From Laetmonice hystrix (taxonomy: Eukaryota): 64,000 nucleotides of DNA. Shown here piece after piece: positions 53,101 to 60,385 of this stretch. A program made the translations under genes and the position numbers. The DNA lies in the NCBI GenBank assembly GCA_965235115.1, contig OZ249437.1:30194001-30258000 (forward strand). Reading direction: 5' to 3'. Below the pieces are notes generated by a model that saw nothing but the letters and a program-made list of their open reading frames with translations, searched no databases and was not told the origin of the DNA. Within the stretch, counting starts at the first letter, position 1, and each line of letters starts with the position of its first letter.

Positions 53101-56100
53101 TGATCTTGGATATTTTGTGCCGTTCTGGTAGTTTGACTGTTGTTCATCCAGTACGAAGCGTTGTTACCAGTATTTGGAAAGTTCATTGTTTTCAAGTGCT
53201 ATCCCTTTATTCTTAGAAACCTTTCTGTGTTTGTAATTCGTTATGTTCAGGAATTAATAAATATTAACATTTTTATGATAATGTTACTTTGTACCCGGAA
53301 TGTGGCCGTCCAAGGAAAGATGGCCTGGTTTATTGACAAAGTGTGTTGAAGAGAAGAGCAGGGACACCGGGAAGGTTGGAGTCTCGGGGAGGAGAACCTC
53401 CGTGTAACTCGCATTATCTTCTTTCAGGAAACGACTGGGCCGACCCCGATGACCCCCTGATGATAGCTGAAGCAGAATTACTCGGGGCAGCAAACTCCAT
53501 CGAAGCTGCATCACGAAAACTTGCTCAACTGCAGCCCCGGCGTCAACCTAAGGTAAGGAATCTTTGTGAGAAAGATGGGTTCTTGGAGTCTTTGACTTTT
53601 CAGGCTGCAAGTGGACATGAATACAGTGTTTTCCCCGAAGAGAAGCTGCGGTACATTTCAAACGTTTTATGAAATCTTCCTTGCAAAACCTCTGCACTCG
53701 AGATTGCAATAAATTCTTTCTGTAAGGAGCTTTTTATTGACACAAGAACCGTTGCGGCTTCTCTGCTGGGAAACATGTATTTCATGGGTGTGAATCACCA
53801 GCAAGAACATCAAGGAAATGGAAGAACTGCTTCAAGAATGAGAGCCCAGACCCACAAAGTGAGTGTAGCTTTGAGCTTCAAAGTCCTCTGCGTAGTTTAC
53901 ATAGACAGCGATAAAACTAACCCTACCTGAAATCTAACACAACATTTCCATTTAACAGTTCCCAAGCAAGTTAAGATAAGCAAAAACAAAGGTTGGTGGA
54001 TGGTATGACCTGGTGAAAGGTTATCTCGTTTTAAGACAACTAAAGTGATAGAAATGGTTTTAATAAGATGGCAAGACGACGTGGTAGACACCTGTATCAC
54101 TAACCCCTCTCCAGCGGTGTCTGGCTTACTAAAACTGCTACAGTCCAGAAGGTTCGCACCTTCTGAGAGACATGCTTGCACGGAAAGGAAACAGTAACCC
54201 AACCACCAAATTAGATGAATCCAGGCACGCTTATGTGTTTTCACCATTCCTATTGTATATAAATGTTGAACGAAAGAAGTGCCAGCTTATTAGTCTGTGA
54301 ACCCCAGAATTTTACAGAGATATCAAAAGCTATCTGACTATACCTTTTTGAAGTCCTCAAGCAGAGAAAGTCCTTAACGAGGAGTTTTTTTACATTGATT
54401 TATTGATGATAAAAGTTGTAATGTGAATGAGATCGCGTAGATTCAGATGTAGCATAAAGTCGGCAAACACTCAGCTCTGTGTGGTCTGGGCAAAGCTGGT
54501 CCGCTACGAGATATGTTTGATATATTTGGTGGTTGTGCTTGACCTCACCGGATATCAAACATATTACGCTGCGAACAGCCCTGCCACGCTTCAAAGTTCA
54601 AAGTTCACAGGGTCAAACCCCTCAGTGACTTTTGCCGACCTTGAGACCTCGTCTCATGAACCCGTCACTCATACGCGCACCACCATGACCACTAGACCAG
54701 AAACCCCTAGTGTTGTCATGGAAACCAAGGTAATGTTAATTCAGTCTAAGCATGGTGTTAAAAATCCCTTGCCAATTTAAAACACAAAACATTTAGATGC
54801 ATGTTCCTTTCAAATCCCTCACCTTTTAGATATTGTAACCAAGCCAGTTGCTGTAGACTACCCCTAATAGTTGGCACTACTAAACTGACGCAGAAATATA
54901 GTTCAGTTGCTGTGATTTTAACGATTTATTTGATAAGATTAATATAAAGTGTAGATATATGCCTGTTTACACACATGAAGAAATAATAATGTGGATAGGT
55001 TTCTTTTGTTGGTGTGTGTTAAGTAACTGTTTTTGCCCCCTCCTTGACACTGCTAGATGTTAAGAGACCCGTATTTCTAAGATGTTCTTTCATTAAAAAA
55101 ATCTTACTTTTGATTTGCTCTTCTGTTCATTTGGAAAGTGTGGCTTTCCTTTCGTAGAGAGACGATATAACATAAATCCTCTTCATTGTTGCTGCAGATT
55201 TGGGTAGATGGAATTCTTTAAAAGAAGCATATTCTGGATAAATTTATTTATTAAAGGATATACCAGTACCGGTGACGGGGTTTTTACCGTTAGAAGGGAA
55301 CACTGATCATACTGGGGTCGAGGTTTCATTTTCAAAAGTCTAAGGAACAAAATGTCACGGTATATTTGGCGTCTGTAATATTGTTTTATCATACTTTTCT
55401 TGTTTCCCATCTTTGGACCACAAACTGTCACAATACACACCTCTGTGCTGCACTTCGACCGCTGTGTGGTGTCGTGTTGGCATGAGCTTTCCTCGTCTGG
55501 ATGTTTGTTTTGATATTAATACGTTATTAAGTGGTAACTTTGTGAAACGATTGAATTCTGGTGACATGAAATGATCAGTAACTCGACTGGTGACTATAGA
55601 TGTCATCAATTCTACAGGCTGTTGTTGTTTGACCTCCATACGTCGTATTGTTGTTCAGGAAATGTATTTTACTTATAGTTTGAAACATAGCAGAAATATT
55701 CCTCTTTCAAAAGTCACGATAGAGATTTGTTTATTGCCGTCTTTGATCATAATGATGGGATAATGTGATAGAATACCGTGTACAAAATGTACTCATTGCC
55801 TCTGTGAATGACTTCATTGTATTCACTCCTTGTGTCCGAGTGTAGTTTGTATTCTGGTAGATCTCGAAGCAGAGTTGTTTAGAGTTTGGACAGTGGAGAA
55901 GGATGTGAATTATGTGTGTTCTCTATGTTTTCAGACTGCCGACGAGAGTTTGAACTTTGAAGAACAGATTCTGGCAGCTGCACAGTCGATCGCCAGTGCT
56001 ACAGCAGTTCTCGTCAAGGCGGCCTCGGCGGCACAGAGAGAACTAGTGGACCAAGGGAAGGTAAGTCGATGTCATCACTCTCTCCACGGTCAGTAGATGT

Positions 56101-59100
56101 ACACATGTCATGGGACACAAGGTACAAATGTCATGGTACACAAGGTTACACCAACCAGATTTTGGTTATGTCAGATTTCTAACTTCAATCAGTTGATTCA
56201 GTGGTATAACAATGAGTTCTAGTTATGTGTTTTCACGGTGCTCACAGTTGCATGAAGCTGTGATTGGTTCTTGCCTAAGTTTACTGATGTATTATTGTGC
56301 ATTAAGCCTGGCTGTGATCACTGCCAGAACGGGCTGTGTTTTACACGTCCTGTTTGGGCCTCTCAGGCCGACATACGAAAACCCCTTTCAAATGTTCTCC
56401 TGATTGCTCCTCCTAGATTTACAAAAGGAACCAGCTAGGCACGAATGGAGTCGGGAGAGTGAGTTACTACTTCTGTGTATTCAGTGTCAGCTCTCCTCAA
56501 CATTTTGGTTTTTCCTTTTGCATGAGTCCTAACCAATGACATAAACCCAAACCTTCCATATTTTTATGATTTTGATTTTCTAATTACTGTCCCCTCTGTG
56601 TGCCTTCACTTTGTGTTTTTTCTAGTACAGAGCCGTATTTTTCTGTTGGTAGCAGGCTGATTTTGAATTATGCTTTTGATATTTAGTTGAATCTGTCTTT
56701 GATCAGATTAAACACTGGATGGCGTACTCTGAATTCTGAAATTCGCCATCATGTCTATATTGCTTAACACGAAACATTTCACCCATACACGGGAGAAGAA
56801 CAGAAAAATGGTTCAGGGGCAGTTTATGGGGTACCTTTTATTTTCGTTTTTGTTGTTGTTCAAAAAGGTTAATATTTTATGGTTTAATAATTAATGACTG
56901 TTTATTTTTTTGATTTTCTTCATTCTACTGGGAGGTTCTGTTGGTTCTGTTGGTTAATGTTGCACAATTGAATAAGATTGCACACGGAAGAAATGTTTTT
57001 TATGCAAATAACGGATTGGTATTTTATTAGAGCGACCAGCACCGGTAACTCGTTAATGAGTTCATTATTTTGGTTGTTGAGAATATTTGCATAGGTTCAT
57101 TGATGAGGCATTACCTAATCAAAGTTTCTCGATATCAACAAACATACATGTATTGTGACTGGGAATATAGGAAAACAATTTCCCTAAACATTTTACGATA
57201 GCAGAATATCTCTCAGGATATGTTGTTCTGAATTGTTCTTTGGTTGTTGCAAGATTTCCTCATGTTCACGGCGAACAACAAAAATTGACCTAGAATAGTG
57301 GCTATAAGGTATTTACATGGTGTGTCAGGCAATCACTGGGTTATGCCTCTAAAGGATCCAGGGTAAATGCGCCTGATTACGATGACAAATATCGCGACTT
57401 AGTGGGGTGGGTTTGTGACTTAGTGAGTGTCGGGTCTGTGACTTAGTGAGTGTCGGTGACTTAGTGAGTGTCGTGATGCATGTGTAGGCTGTAGGTAGGT
57501 CGATCAGTGAGGTATGTGAAGGACTGAGATAGGAGTGAAGGCTGTCCAAGGCTGTTTGTTAAATCGAGACGAGATCATGAAGATGTGGGATGACATGCCT
57601 TGGATTCCCTCCACCCGGGTATCACTGTTACCTGCCGCCCGAGTGAACATGTTAGGTTTTATTGATATCCATTTAAACCAAAAGTAATCGTAGAAAATCA
57701 ATACCTTTGGTGGAGGGCACAACGGCAACAGTTGACAGTGATGCATCAGTTACGATACTGTGTCGTGAAAAAAATAGAAGGCTTTGAGAAGAAAAGCGAG
57801 GGGGGGGGGGGGGGGGGGGTTGAAGTGTGCATGACGTTTAGCAGTGAGCCAAGTATGCTAGCTGTAGGGTTTTATCAGATTATGAAGGCTCACCCAGGAG
57901 GGTTCTAACTACTGGCGTGACTGCATGACAAACTCTTTGTCCGGGAAACAACTCATTTCTCCATCAAATAATTTATGTCTCCCATTGGAAATTTTCTATT
58001 TCAAATCCTCAGCTTTGGTTGCAATTGGTGGGGTTCTTTCCTATCATGCTGCCTCATTTATTTCGCTTTCCGTGGTTTGCGCTGGGGAAGTTAGGGGGAG
58101 CTTTCCGTGCTGCCAAAATGTGCTGCCCTCTGGTCCGACCAGTGCTGCCACCTGGTGGGCATGTGTTGGTGTGGACGTCCGAGTCAGCCGAACTGTTTAT
58201 GTTTTATTAGGTGGGAGCGTTTAGTGTAGACCACGACGAGGATAGCCAGTGGTCCGAGGGCCTCATCTCTGCAGCCCGTATGGTTGCCGCGGCAACACAC
58301 AGTCTGTGCGATGCGGCCAATGCGATGGTTCAGGGCCATGCCAGCGAGGAGAAGTTGATCTCGTCTGCCAAACAGGTCGCTTCGTCTACAGCACAGCTGC
58401 TGGTTGCTTGCAAGGTCAAGGCGGACTCCGACTCTGTAGCTATGAAAAGACTTCAGGTGAGTACTTATGTAAGGAAGTCCTTGTGACAATTGAAGGTCTC
58501 CTATGTTTGATCACTTCCCCCTGATTGCATGTGGTGCAGTCATGTTGGTCAAACCCATTTTATAAACCTAATATGTGAAGTTTTATTTATAAGACCTTGT
58601 TTGTCCATACAACGTCATATCATTTCAATATATATATATTAATGATGTCATTCATCTGGAAAATTGGATAGGGTAAAGTGAGTATTGAATATGAGGATTC
58701 TATTTTAAAAAGTAGAATCAAGAGACCGCCTATAGTATCGGTAACGAGCTAAATTCATAGACGCAATAATTCCAATCTTGCAGACTGCTGGAAATGCAGT
58801 AAAGAGAGCGACGGATGCGTTGGTTCGTTCAGCTCAACAAGCTGCTGGTAGCTGGACATATGAGGAGGAAGACTCTGTTAGCATCAACCAGAGAATGGTT
58901 GGTGGACTGGCCCAGGTAAGCAACAGACAACTTCTCCATACACAAAGTTAAGTTCTCCTGATATGAACAGTTACATTCAAAGACCAGATGAAAGTCATTG
59001 GTTGAAAGAGAAAAGCAGAAGTAAGACTCGTTATCCAGTCACTGAACGTTTCTGACATTATTCTTTCCAATTTGAGGGAGATTTAAGGATAGGCCAATAA

Positions 59101-59269
59101 ACGTTGGATTTGATTGAATTGTCCTTTGTTTCAGATCATTATGGCCCAAGAAGAAATCTTGATCAAGGAGCGAGAGCTGGAATCTGCGCGGCGTAAACTG
59201 GAGACGATCCGAAAGGCTAAATACAAGGACCACACATCTGATGATGATTCGTCTGGTTCAGCCTTCTAA
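4214..59269 (+). CDS. TLN: Talin gene, 5'-partial: rod R1 end to R13 (I/LWEQ) and dimerisation helix; 34 constitutive exons, 1910 aa
   Basis: Hand-spliced GT-AG exons give one open frame of 5733 nt with consistent phases. Peptides follow remembered talin-1 order (e.g. ATQCALATSQLVACTKVVAP, QFARANQAIQMACQ, VMVTNVTSLLKTVK, ADESLNFEEQIL, QWSEGLISAARMVAAAT). Length matches human residues ~632-2541. Confidence 0.97.
4492..4542 (+). CDS. Candidate 51-nt cassette exon LDAFNEMGQKGPAGVGQ at the R1/R2 junction
   Basis: agtttcag acceptor, CAA|gtaatt donor, phase 0/0, no stop; no homology support. Confidence 0.3.
5359..5526 (+). CDS. TLN: Talin exon (R2): DTLLALAKAVANATAALVLKAK...LVACTK
   Basis: tttcag acceptor, AAG|gtcagt donor, 168 nt. 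Confidence 0.96.
5762..5863 (+). CDS. TLN: Talin exon (R2): VVAPTIQNPACQEQLVEAAKTVAKSVEGVVDTSR
   Basis: tgtag acceptor, CGG|gtgagt donor, 102 nt. Confidence 0.96.
6901..6943. repeat. (GGT)n run ending in a poly-G tract
   Basis: About 10 GGT units then about 12 G; G-quadruplex-capable. Confidence 0.85.
7284..7454. repeat. Minisatellite, 5 copies of ~33 bp (TTGACGTGTTCACCGTTAGCAGTGAC...)
   Basis: Units start at 7288, 7320, 7354, 7388 and 7421. Confidence 0.92.
7493..7606 (+). CDS. TLN: Talin exon (R2 end): SATKDDKTLQDLGGAATSVTKALNDLLQHIRKGTGDNQ
   Basis: ctccag acceptor, CAG|gtcagt donor, 114 nt. Confidence 0.95.
8070..8382. repeat. Interrupted (CAG)n microsatellite, ~310 bp
   Basis: CAG runs broken by frame-shifting CAGG units; explains the overlapping polyQ/A/S ORFs. 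Confidence 0.96.
8842..8946 (+). CDS. TLN: Talin exon (R3 helices 1-2): GNEGHVDTILTATDKLFGSMGDTPEMVKQARILAQ
   Basis: gacag acceptor, CAG|gtaaga donor, 105 nt. Confidence 0.95.
9281..9412 (+). CDS. TLN: Talin exon (R3 helices 2-3): ATSQLVNAIK...LLAAAKMLADATARMVEAAK
   Basis: ttgtag acceptor, AAG|gtagta donor, 132 nt. Confidence 0.96.
11594..11677 (+). CDS. Array exon A1 (R3 helix-4-like): GSGHKNTLCKAAEELCAATASLTSDILK
   Basis: ttttttgccaacag acceptor, AAG|gtcata donor, 84 nt, phase 0/0; similar to host LRQAAEELRSAT. Confidence 0.78.
13095..13202 (+). CDS. Array exon A2: DRKVEKRRSRHVRHKMKKAVEDLCNATNTLTTEILE
   Basis: tttcttacag acceptor, GAG|gttcat donor, 108 nt, phase 0/0. Confidence 0.8.
13339..13440 (+). 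CDS. Array exon A3: GYQSDTETIHKRSLRKAAENVCTVTTLLASDIIE
   Basis: gtttccag acceptor, GAG|gttaac donor, 102 nt, phase 0/0. Confidence 0.8.
13845..13949 (+). CDS. Array exon A4: GYQSDTTESSGTLTLKRAAEDLCSATNTLANDILE
   Basis: gttgcag acceptor, GAG|gtgcaa donor, 105 nt, phase 0/0. Confidence 0.8.
14135..14257 (+). CDS. Array exon A5: GYTSDSQGYTSECQPAKPRTLQRAVKELWVSSHDLTKDIAE
   Basis: ttttgtttcag acceptor, GAG|gttttc donor, 123 nt, phase 0/0. Confidence 0.78.
14601..14705 (+). CDS. Array exon A6: TYTIEVKQTERKRKLRDAVKEVAVATSTLTSDILE
   Basis: tatttcag acceptor, GAG|gtgtat donor, 105 nt, phase 0/0. Confidence 0.8.
14825..14938 (+). CDS. Array exon A7: GYTSESGVSDSEVDEKRSLRKAAERLGTVTSTLKINLE
   Basis: ttgtttgcag acceptor, GAG|gttaaa donor, 114 nt, phase 0/0. 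Confidence 0.8.
15466..15570 (+). CDS. Array exon A8: DYRDKRKSWSRREKLQRAAKDLASATNTLASDILE
   Basis: ttatttcag acceptor, GAG|gttcat donor, 105 nt, phase 0/0. Confidence 0.8.
15705..15809 (+). repeat. Coding 15-bp tandem repeat, 7 copies (GGNTAYACNACNGAN) inside array exon A9
   Basis: Units GYSTD GYTTD GNTTE GYTTE GYTTE GYTTD GYTTD. Confidence 0.92.
15705..15965 (+). CDS. Array exon A9: seven GYTT[DE]-like pentapeptides, ECFTETEEVTFREKRYEVRQRAEERKKYRTS, then LKIFAEDLCLATSDLTNTMLE
   Basis: acttccag acceptor, GAG|gtcgcc donor, 261 nt open in phase 0. Confidence 0.8.
16090..16215 (+). CDS. Array exon A10: GYESEREQSSTRKNLEEAAQRVVTATSILTLDLLDDGTVRPK
   Basis: tccttgcag acceptor; first in-frame AG|GT after the helix is AAG|gttgct; 126 nt; 3' end less certain. 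Confidence 0.7.
16357..16485 (+). CDS. Array exon A11: GRKKTAVEEDDTALTGQRRSRLEQAVEQVVTATSTLSRDILHK
   Basis: tttaatacag acceptor, AAG|gttata donor, 129 nt, phase 0/0. Confidence 0.78.
17213..17455 (+). CDS. TLN: Talin exon (R3 helix 4 and start of R4): GCASNPQDTDHQHGLRQAAEELRSATNAAAANALKRKL...QQCK
   Basis: ccaccag acceptor, AAG|gtaggc donor, 243 nt. Confidence 0.96.
17752..18132 (+). CDS. TLN: Talin exon (R4/R5): LVADQNIPKLVQG...LVPLPGET
   Basis: gtgacag acceptor, ACG|gtaagt donor, 381 nt. Confidence 0.96.
18355..18438 (+). CDS. TLN: Talin exon (R5): AESSANQLGTTSKTVGSSMAQLLTAAAQ
   Basis: cgacag acceptor, CAG|gtacca donor, 84 nt. Confidence 0.95.
18870..19097 (+). CDS. TLN: Talin exon (R5): GNENYTGIAARDTANALK...QVRLAQ
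   Basis: gtgtag acceptor, CAG|gtgaga donor, 228 nt. Confidence 0.96.
20188..20307 (+). CDS. TLN: Talin exon (R5/R6): VAKAVSHALNNCVNCLPGLREIEQSIRQVTTASQRLQTLQ
   Basis: ttcgtag acceptor, CAG|gtaggt donor, 120 nt. Confidence 0.95.
20605..20942 (+). CDS. TLN: Talin exon (R6): FPETNRSFQEVQ...NLLAQAAR
   Basis: ttccag acceptor, AG|gtcagt donor, 338 nt, phase 0/2. Confidence 0.96.
21233..21326 (+). CDS. TLN: Talin exon (R6/R7): QVTESINHLINICTVSAPGQKECDNALRQIQ
   Basis: tttcctgcag acceptor, CAG|gttagt donor, 94 nt, phase 2/0. Confidence 0.96.
23320..23690. repeat. Minisatellite, ~14 copies of 27 bp (ACAGGACAAGCTCCCAACCACTACAGA)
   Basis: Exact 27-bp period from 23350 to 23674; 9-aa repeats in the ORFs on both strands. 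Confidence 0.95.
28497..28685 (+). CDS. Candidate alternative first coding exon (63 aa) that could splice in frame to 33126
   Basis: GCCATGG Kozak context, GAG|gtgagt donor in phase 0, GC-rich; no recognisable homology. Confidence 0.3.
30371..32505. repeat. Minisatellite, ~55 copies of 39/37 bp (GATACAGTGACTGT[TT]CACTGTGGGACAGGCCTGGCCAT family)
   Basis: 39-bp period at 30.4-30.95 kb, mixed 37/39 bp afterwards. Confidence 0.96.
33126..33215 (+). CDS. TLN: Talin exon (R7): MMKNVIENPSEPISDASYFECLDGVMDKSK
   Basis: gttacag acceptor, AAG|gtaggc donor, 90 nt. Confidence 0.95.
35127..35249 (+). CDS. TLN: Talin exon (R7): SLGQSMTGISNHAK...CGLTENSAQ
   Basis: tttccag acceptor, CAG|gtacgt donor, 123 nt. 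Confidence 0.95.
35406..35549 (+). CDS. TLN: Talin exon (R7/R8): AAYLVGISDP...QFARANQAIQMACQNLTNPASTQQQ
   Basis: ccaccag acceptor, CAG|gtaggc donor, 144 nt. Confidence 0.96.
40644..40805 (+). CDS. TLN: Talin exon (R8): VLSAATIVAKHTSSLCNTCR...ANLVKAIK
   Basis: gaccag acceptor, AAG|gtgggt donor, 162 nt. Confidence 0.96.
41081..41221 (+). CDS. TLN: Talin exon (R8 end): VLDNDFNDDNRRKC...FASSPEFASIPAKISHD
   Basis: caacag acceptor, GAT|gtgagt donor, 141 nt. Confidence 0.96.
41709..42125 (+). CDS. TLN: Talin exon (R7 C-terminal part/R9): ARKAQEPVRSAS...EAEKLGYL
   Basis: ctccag acceptor, CTT|gtaagt donor, 417 nt. Confidence 0.96.
42362..42679 (+). CDS. TLN: Talin exon (R9): VSALSTYMEPL...ISKAVSK
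   Basis: ccaccag acceptor, AAG|gtcagt donor, 318 nt. Confidence 0.96.
43127..43228 (+). CDS. TLN: Talin exon (R9/R10): TEERALATENVSYVDYQTNMVRLAKQIARVAQDM
   Basis: ttgtag acceptor, ATG|gtgagt donor, 102 nt. Confidence 0.94.
43446..43565 (+). CDS. TLN: Talin exon (R10): VGKSGTNVSELGGLANLLTRDY...SSPD
   Basis: ctctccacag acceptor, GAC|gtaagt donor, 120 nt. Confidence 0.95.
43851..43997 (+). CDS. TLN: Talin exon (R10): IANRIKSAVQELG...ARHVSEK
   Basis: tttacag acceptor, AAG|gtacgt donor, 147 nt. Confidence 0.95.
45219..45269 (-). promoter_or_regulatory. Two tandem CTCF-like motifs
   Basis: GTCCGCCCCCTGGCGGCA and AAGCGCCCTCTGGTGTAG match the reverse CTCF consensus TAGCGCCCCCTGGTGG. Confidence 0.5.
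45852..46018 (+). CDS. TLN: Talin exon (R10/R11): VSKVLAALQAGSRGTQACINAAS...FSDHR
   Basis: gtgtag acceptor, AG|gtacaa donor, 167 nt, phase 0/2. Confidence 0.95.
46925..47108 (+). CDS. TLN: Talin exon (R11): ENILKTAKSLVEDTK...SEQPEAQ
   Basis: ttttcag acceptor, CAG|gtacgt donor, 184 nt, phase 2/0. Confidence 0.96.
47667..48726. repeat. Minisatellite, 12 copies of 85-94 bp (CCCAGCCCGGATCAGCCCCTCCTTGAGTTGCTAACTGACACGGGATAGCTGTCCCTCTGTAGTAGTTGATAC...)
   Basis: Unit starts near 47685, 47770, 47855, 47944, 48033, 48127, 48213, 48298, 48387, 48476, 48565 and 48659; length varies in the C tract. Confidence 0.96.
48751..48876 (+). CDS. TLN: Talin exon (R11): VLLINAVKDVAAALGDLISATK...LKDSAK
   Basis: cctctcag acceptor, AAG|gttggt donor, 126 nt. 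Confidence 0.96.
50338..50454 (+). CDS. TLN: Talin exon (R11 end): VMVTNVTSLLKTVKTVEDEAARGTRALESSIEAIGQEIK
   Basis: ggcag acceptor, AAA|gtaagt donor, 117 nt. Confidence 0.96.
50699..50989 (+). CDS. TLN: Talin exon (R12): NYVASDRTEKKITPEELIRSTR...LLEQVNI
   Basis: taacag acceptor, ATA|gtaagg donor, 291 nt. Confidence 0.96.
51140..51245 (+). CDS. TLN: Talin exon (R12): VMQKPGPDQKQRLAVLSKRVATMVTELIHSAEAIK
   Basis: cttgtag acceptor, G|gtaagc donor, 106 nt, phase 0/1. Confidence 0.95.
53428..53552 (+). CDS. TLN: Talin exon (R12 end): GNDWADPDDPLMIAEAELLGAANSIEAASRKLAQLQPRRQPK
   Basis: ctttcag acceptor, AAG|gtaagg donor, 125 nt, phase 1/0. Confidence 0.96.
53802..53858 (+). CDS. Candidate 57-nt cassette exon QEHQGNGRTASRMRAQTHK in the R12-R13 linker
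   Basis: caccag acceptor (weak pyrimidine tract), AAA|gtgagt donor, phase 0/0, no stop. Confidence 0.25.
55935..56060 (+). CDS. TLN: Talin exon (R13, I/LWEQ): TADESLNFEEQILAAAQSIASAT...ELVDQGK
   Basis: ttttcag acceptor, AAG|gtaagt donor, 126 nt. Confidence 0.97.
57396..57473. repeat. Short repeat, 4 copies of GACTTAGTG(AGTGTCG)
   Basis: Visible direct repeats about 18-23 bp apart. Confidence 0.8.
58211..58456 (+). CDS. TLN: Talin exon (R13): VGAFSVDHDEDSQWSEGLISAAR...AMKRLQ
   Basis: ttattag acceptor, CAG|gtgagt donor, 246 nt. Confidence 0.97.
58784..58915 (+). CDS. TLN: Talin exon (R13 end): TAGNAVKRATDALVRSAQQAA...MVGGLAQ
   Basis: cttgcag acceptor, CAG|gtaagc donor, 132 nt. Confidence 0.96.
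59135..59269 (+). CDS. TLN: Talin last coding exon (dimerisation helix): IIMAQEEILIKERELESARRKLETIRKAKYKDHTSDDDSSGSAF*
   Basis: tttgtttcag acceptor, TAA stop at 59267-59269; resembles talin IIAAQEEMLRKERELEEARKKL. Confidence 0.96.
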   Translation: MIMAQEEILIKERELESARRKLETIRKAKYKDHTSDDDSSGSAF

Positions 59270-59364
59270 AACGGAATGAAATGTTGGAGCGCAGTCTCTG
59301 TCAGTTTTAATGGACTCTCCTGGTGCTTCACACAACCACAGTTCTAAATGGCACAGCGGTAGTG

Positions 59365-59483
59365 CTGATTGGTCAACAAAATCTCTTCAAGTTGTCTGAT
59401 TGGCTAGCTCCTTACCGTGGCCAGCCAATCAGGGATGAGTTAGAGGATTTGAGTGCCACAAGGCTACTACTGCCCATTGGACG
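59365..59483. promoter_or_regulatory. Cluster of four CCAAT (NF-Y-like) boxes about 100 bp past the stop codon
   Basis: CTGATTGGTC, CTGATTGGCT, AGCCAATCAG and CCCATTGGAC. Confidence 0.4.
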
Positions 59484-60379
59484 GTGTGTCCGCTATCCTA
59501 GCATGTACTAACTGTTCATCTTGTAACTAGTGATACAACACACTCGTGAAGACTGCGAGAGTTTGCTCCTCCTAGGTGAAGATGATAGAACCTTACTCAT
59601 CTCTTTAACATCCACATGTATGCCATTCTTACCATCCGGGGTTAATGCAAAAGGAACAATTCCCAGGCATGCTTAATACATTGGATTCATGAGCATAATA
59701 ATTGTGGCTCACTGAGGATTATTATCACGATTAAAACCGTAAAGATTACTGAATGAATCGATTCTCACAGAGAGATTAACGTAAGCTTATCTGAAAGAAT
59801 TTCCCACATATTTGCGTTGTTTCTGACGTACGGTGTGGGGCGAGGGTCACACTATCTCGGTCTCGTGTAACCAATGTCTACTTTCTTCGTTCTTCTCTAA
59901 ACTCCTCAAATATTCGGATTTTGTCAGGTGACTCCATATATAAAAGAACCTTTGTGTCGCTATGACGGATGAGGTAGTGGAATCTTGAGGAAATGGTTCT
60001 TAATTAAGCAGAGTCAAAATGAACTGTTTGTAATCAAAAGCTTCGAATGGCGGAAGATCGATATCTGCTGATGGTAGAATCTTACTTAATGGAGAGGGAT
60101 CTGTGTAATACAGATGGGCTACTGTTGCCATAATTTATTGAAGTGTGAAATAGTAATTTGAAGAGGCATAATGAGTATGTATGCCTCATGATAACGTCTT
60201 GTATAGTCTAATGGGAGTGGGACAGTATGTCAGGAGGCACCAAAATGAGGATGTGCCAGACAGGAAAAGGTTAAATGTAGTGACAACTCAGCTGATGCAA
60301 GCATCAAAATTTCATCAATTGACCATAATTGAGGCTTTAGCGAAAAGATGATCCCATAATGTGCAGTTACTGAGGATTT

Positions 60380-60385
60380 AATAAA
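60380..60385 (+). terminator. Candidate polyadenylation signal for talin
   Basis: First AATAAA I saw after the stop; others at about 61830 and 62479, so usage is unknown. Confidence 0.3.

Noticed and set aside
57294-57308. 15-nt phase-0 microexon candidate NSGYK
   Set aside because: The acceptor is A-rich with no pyrimidine tract, and such windows are expected by chance.
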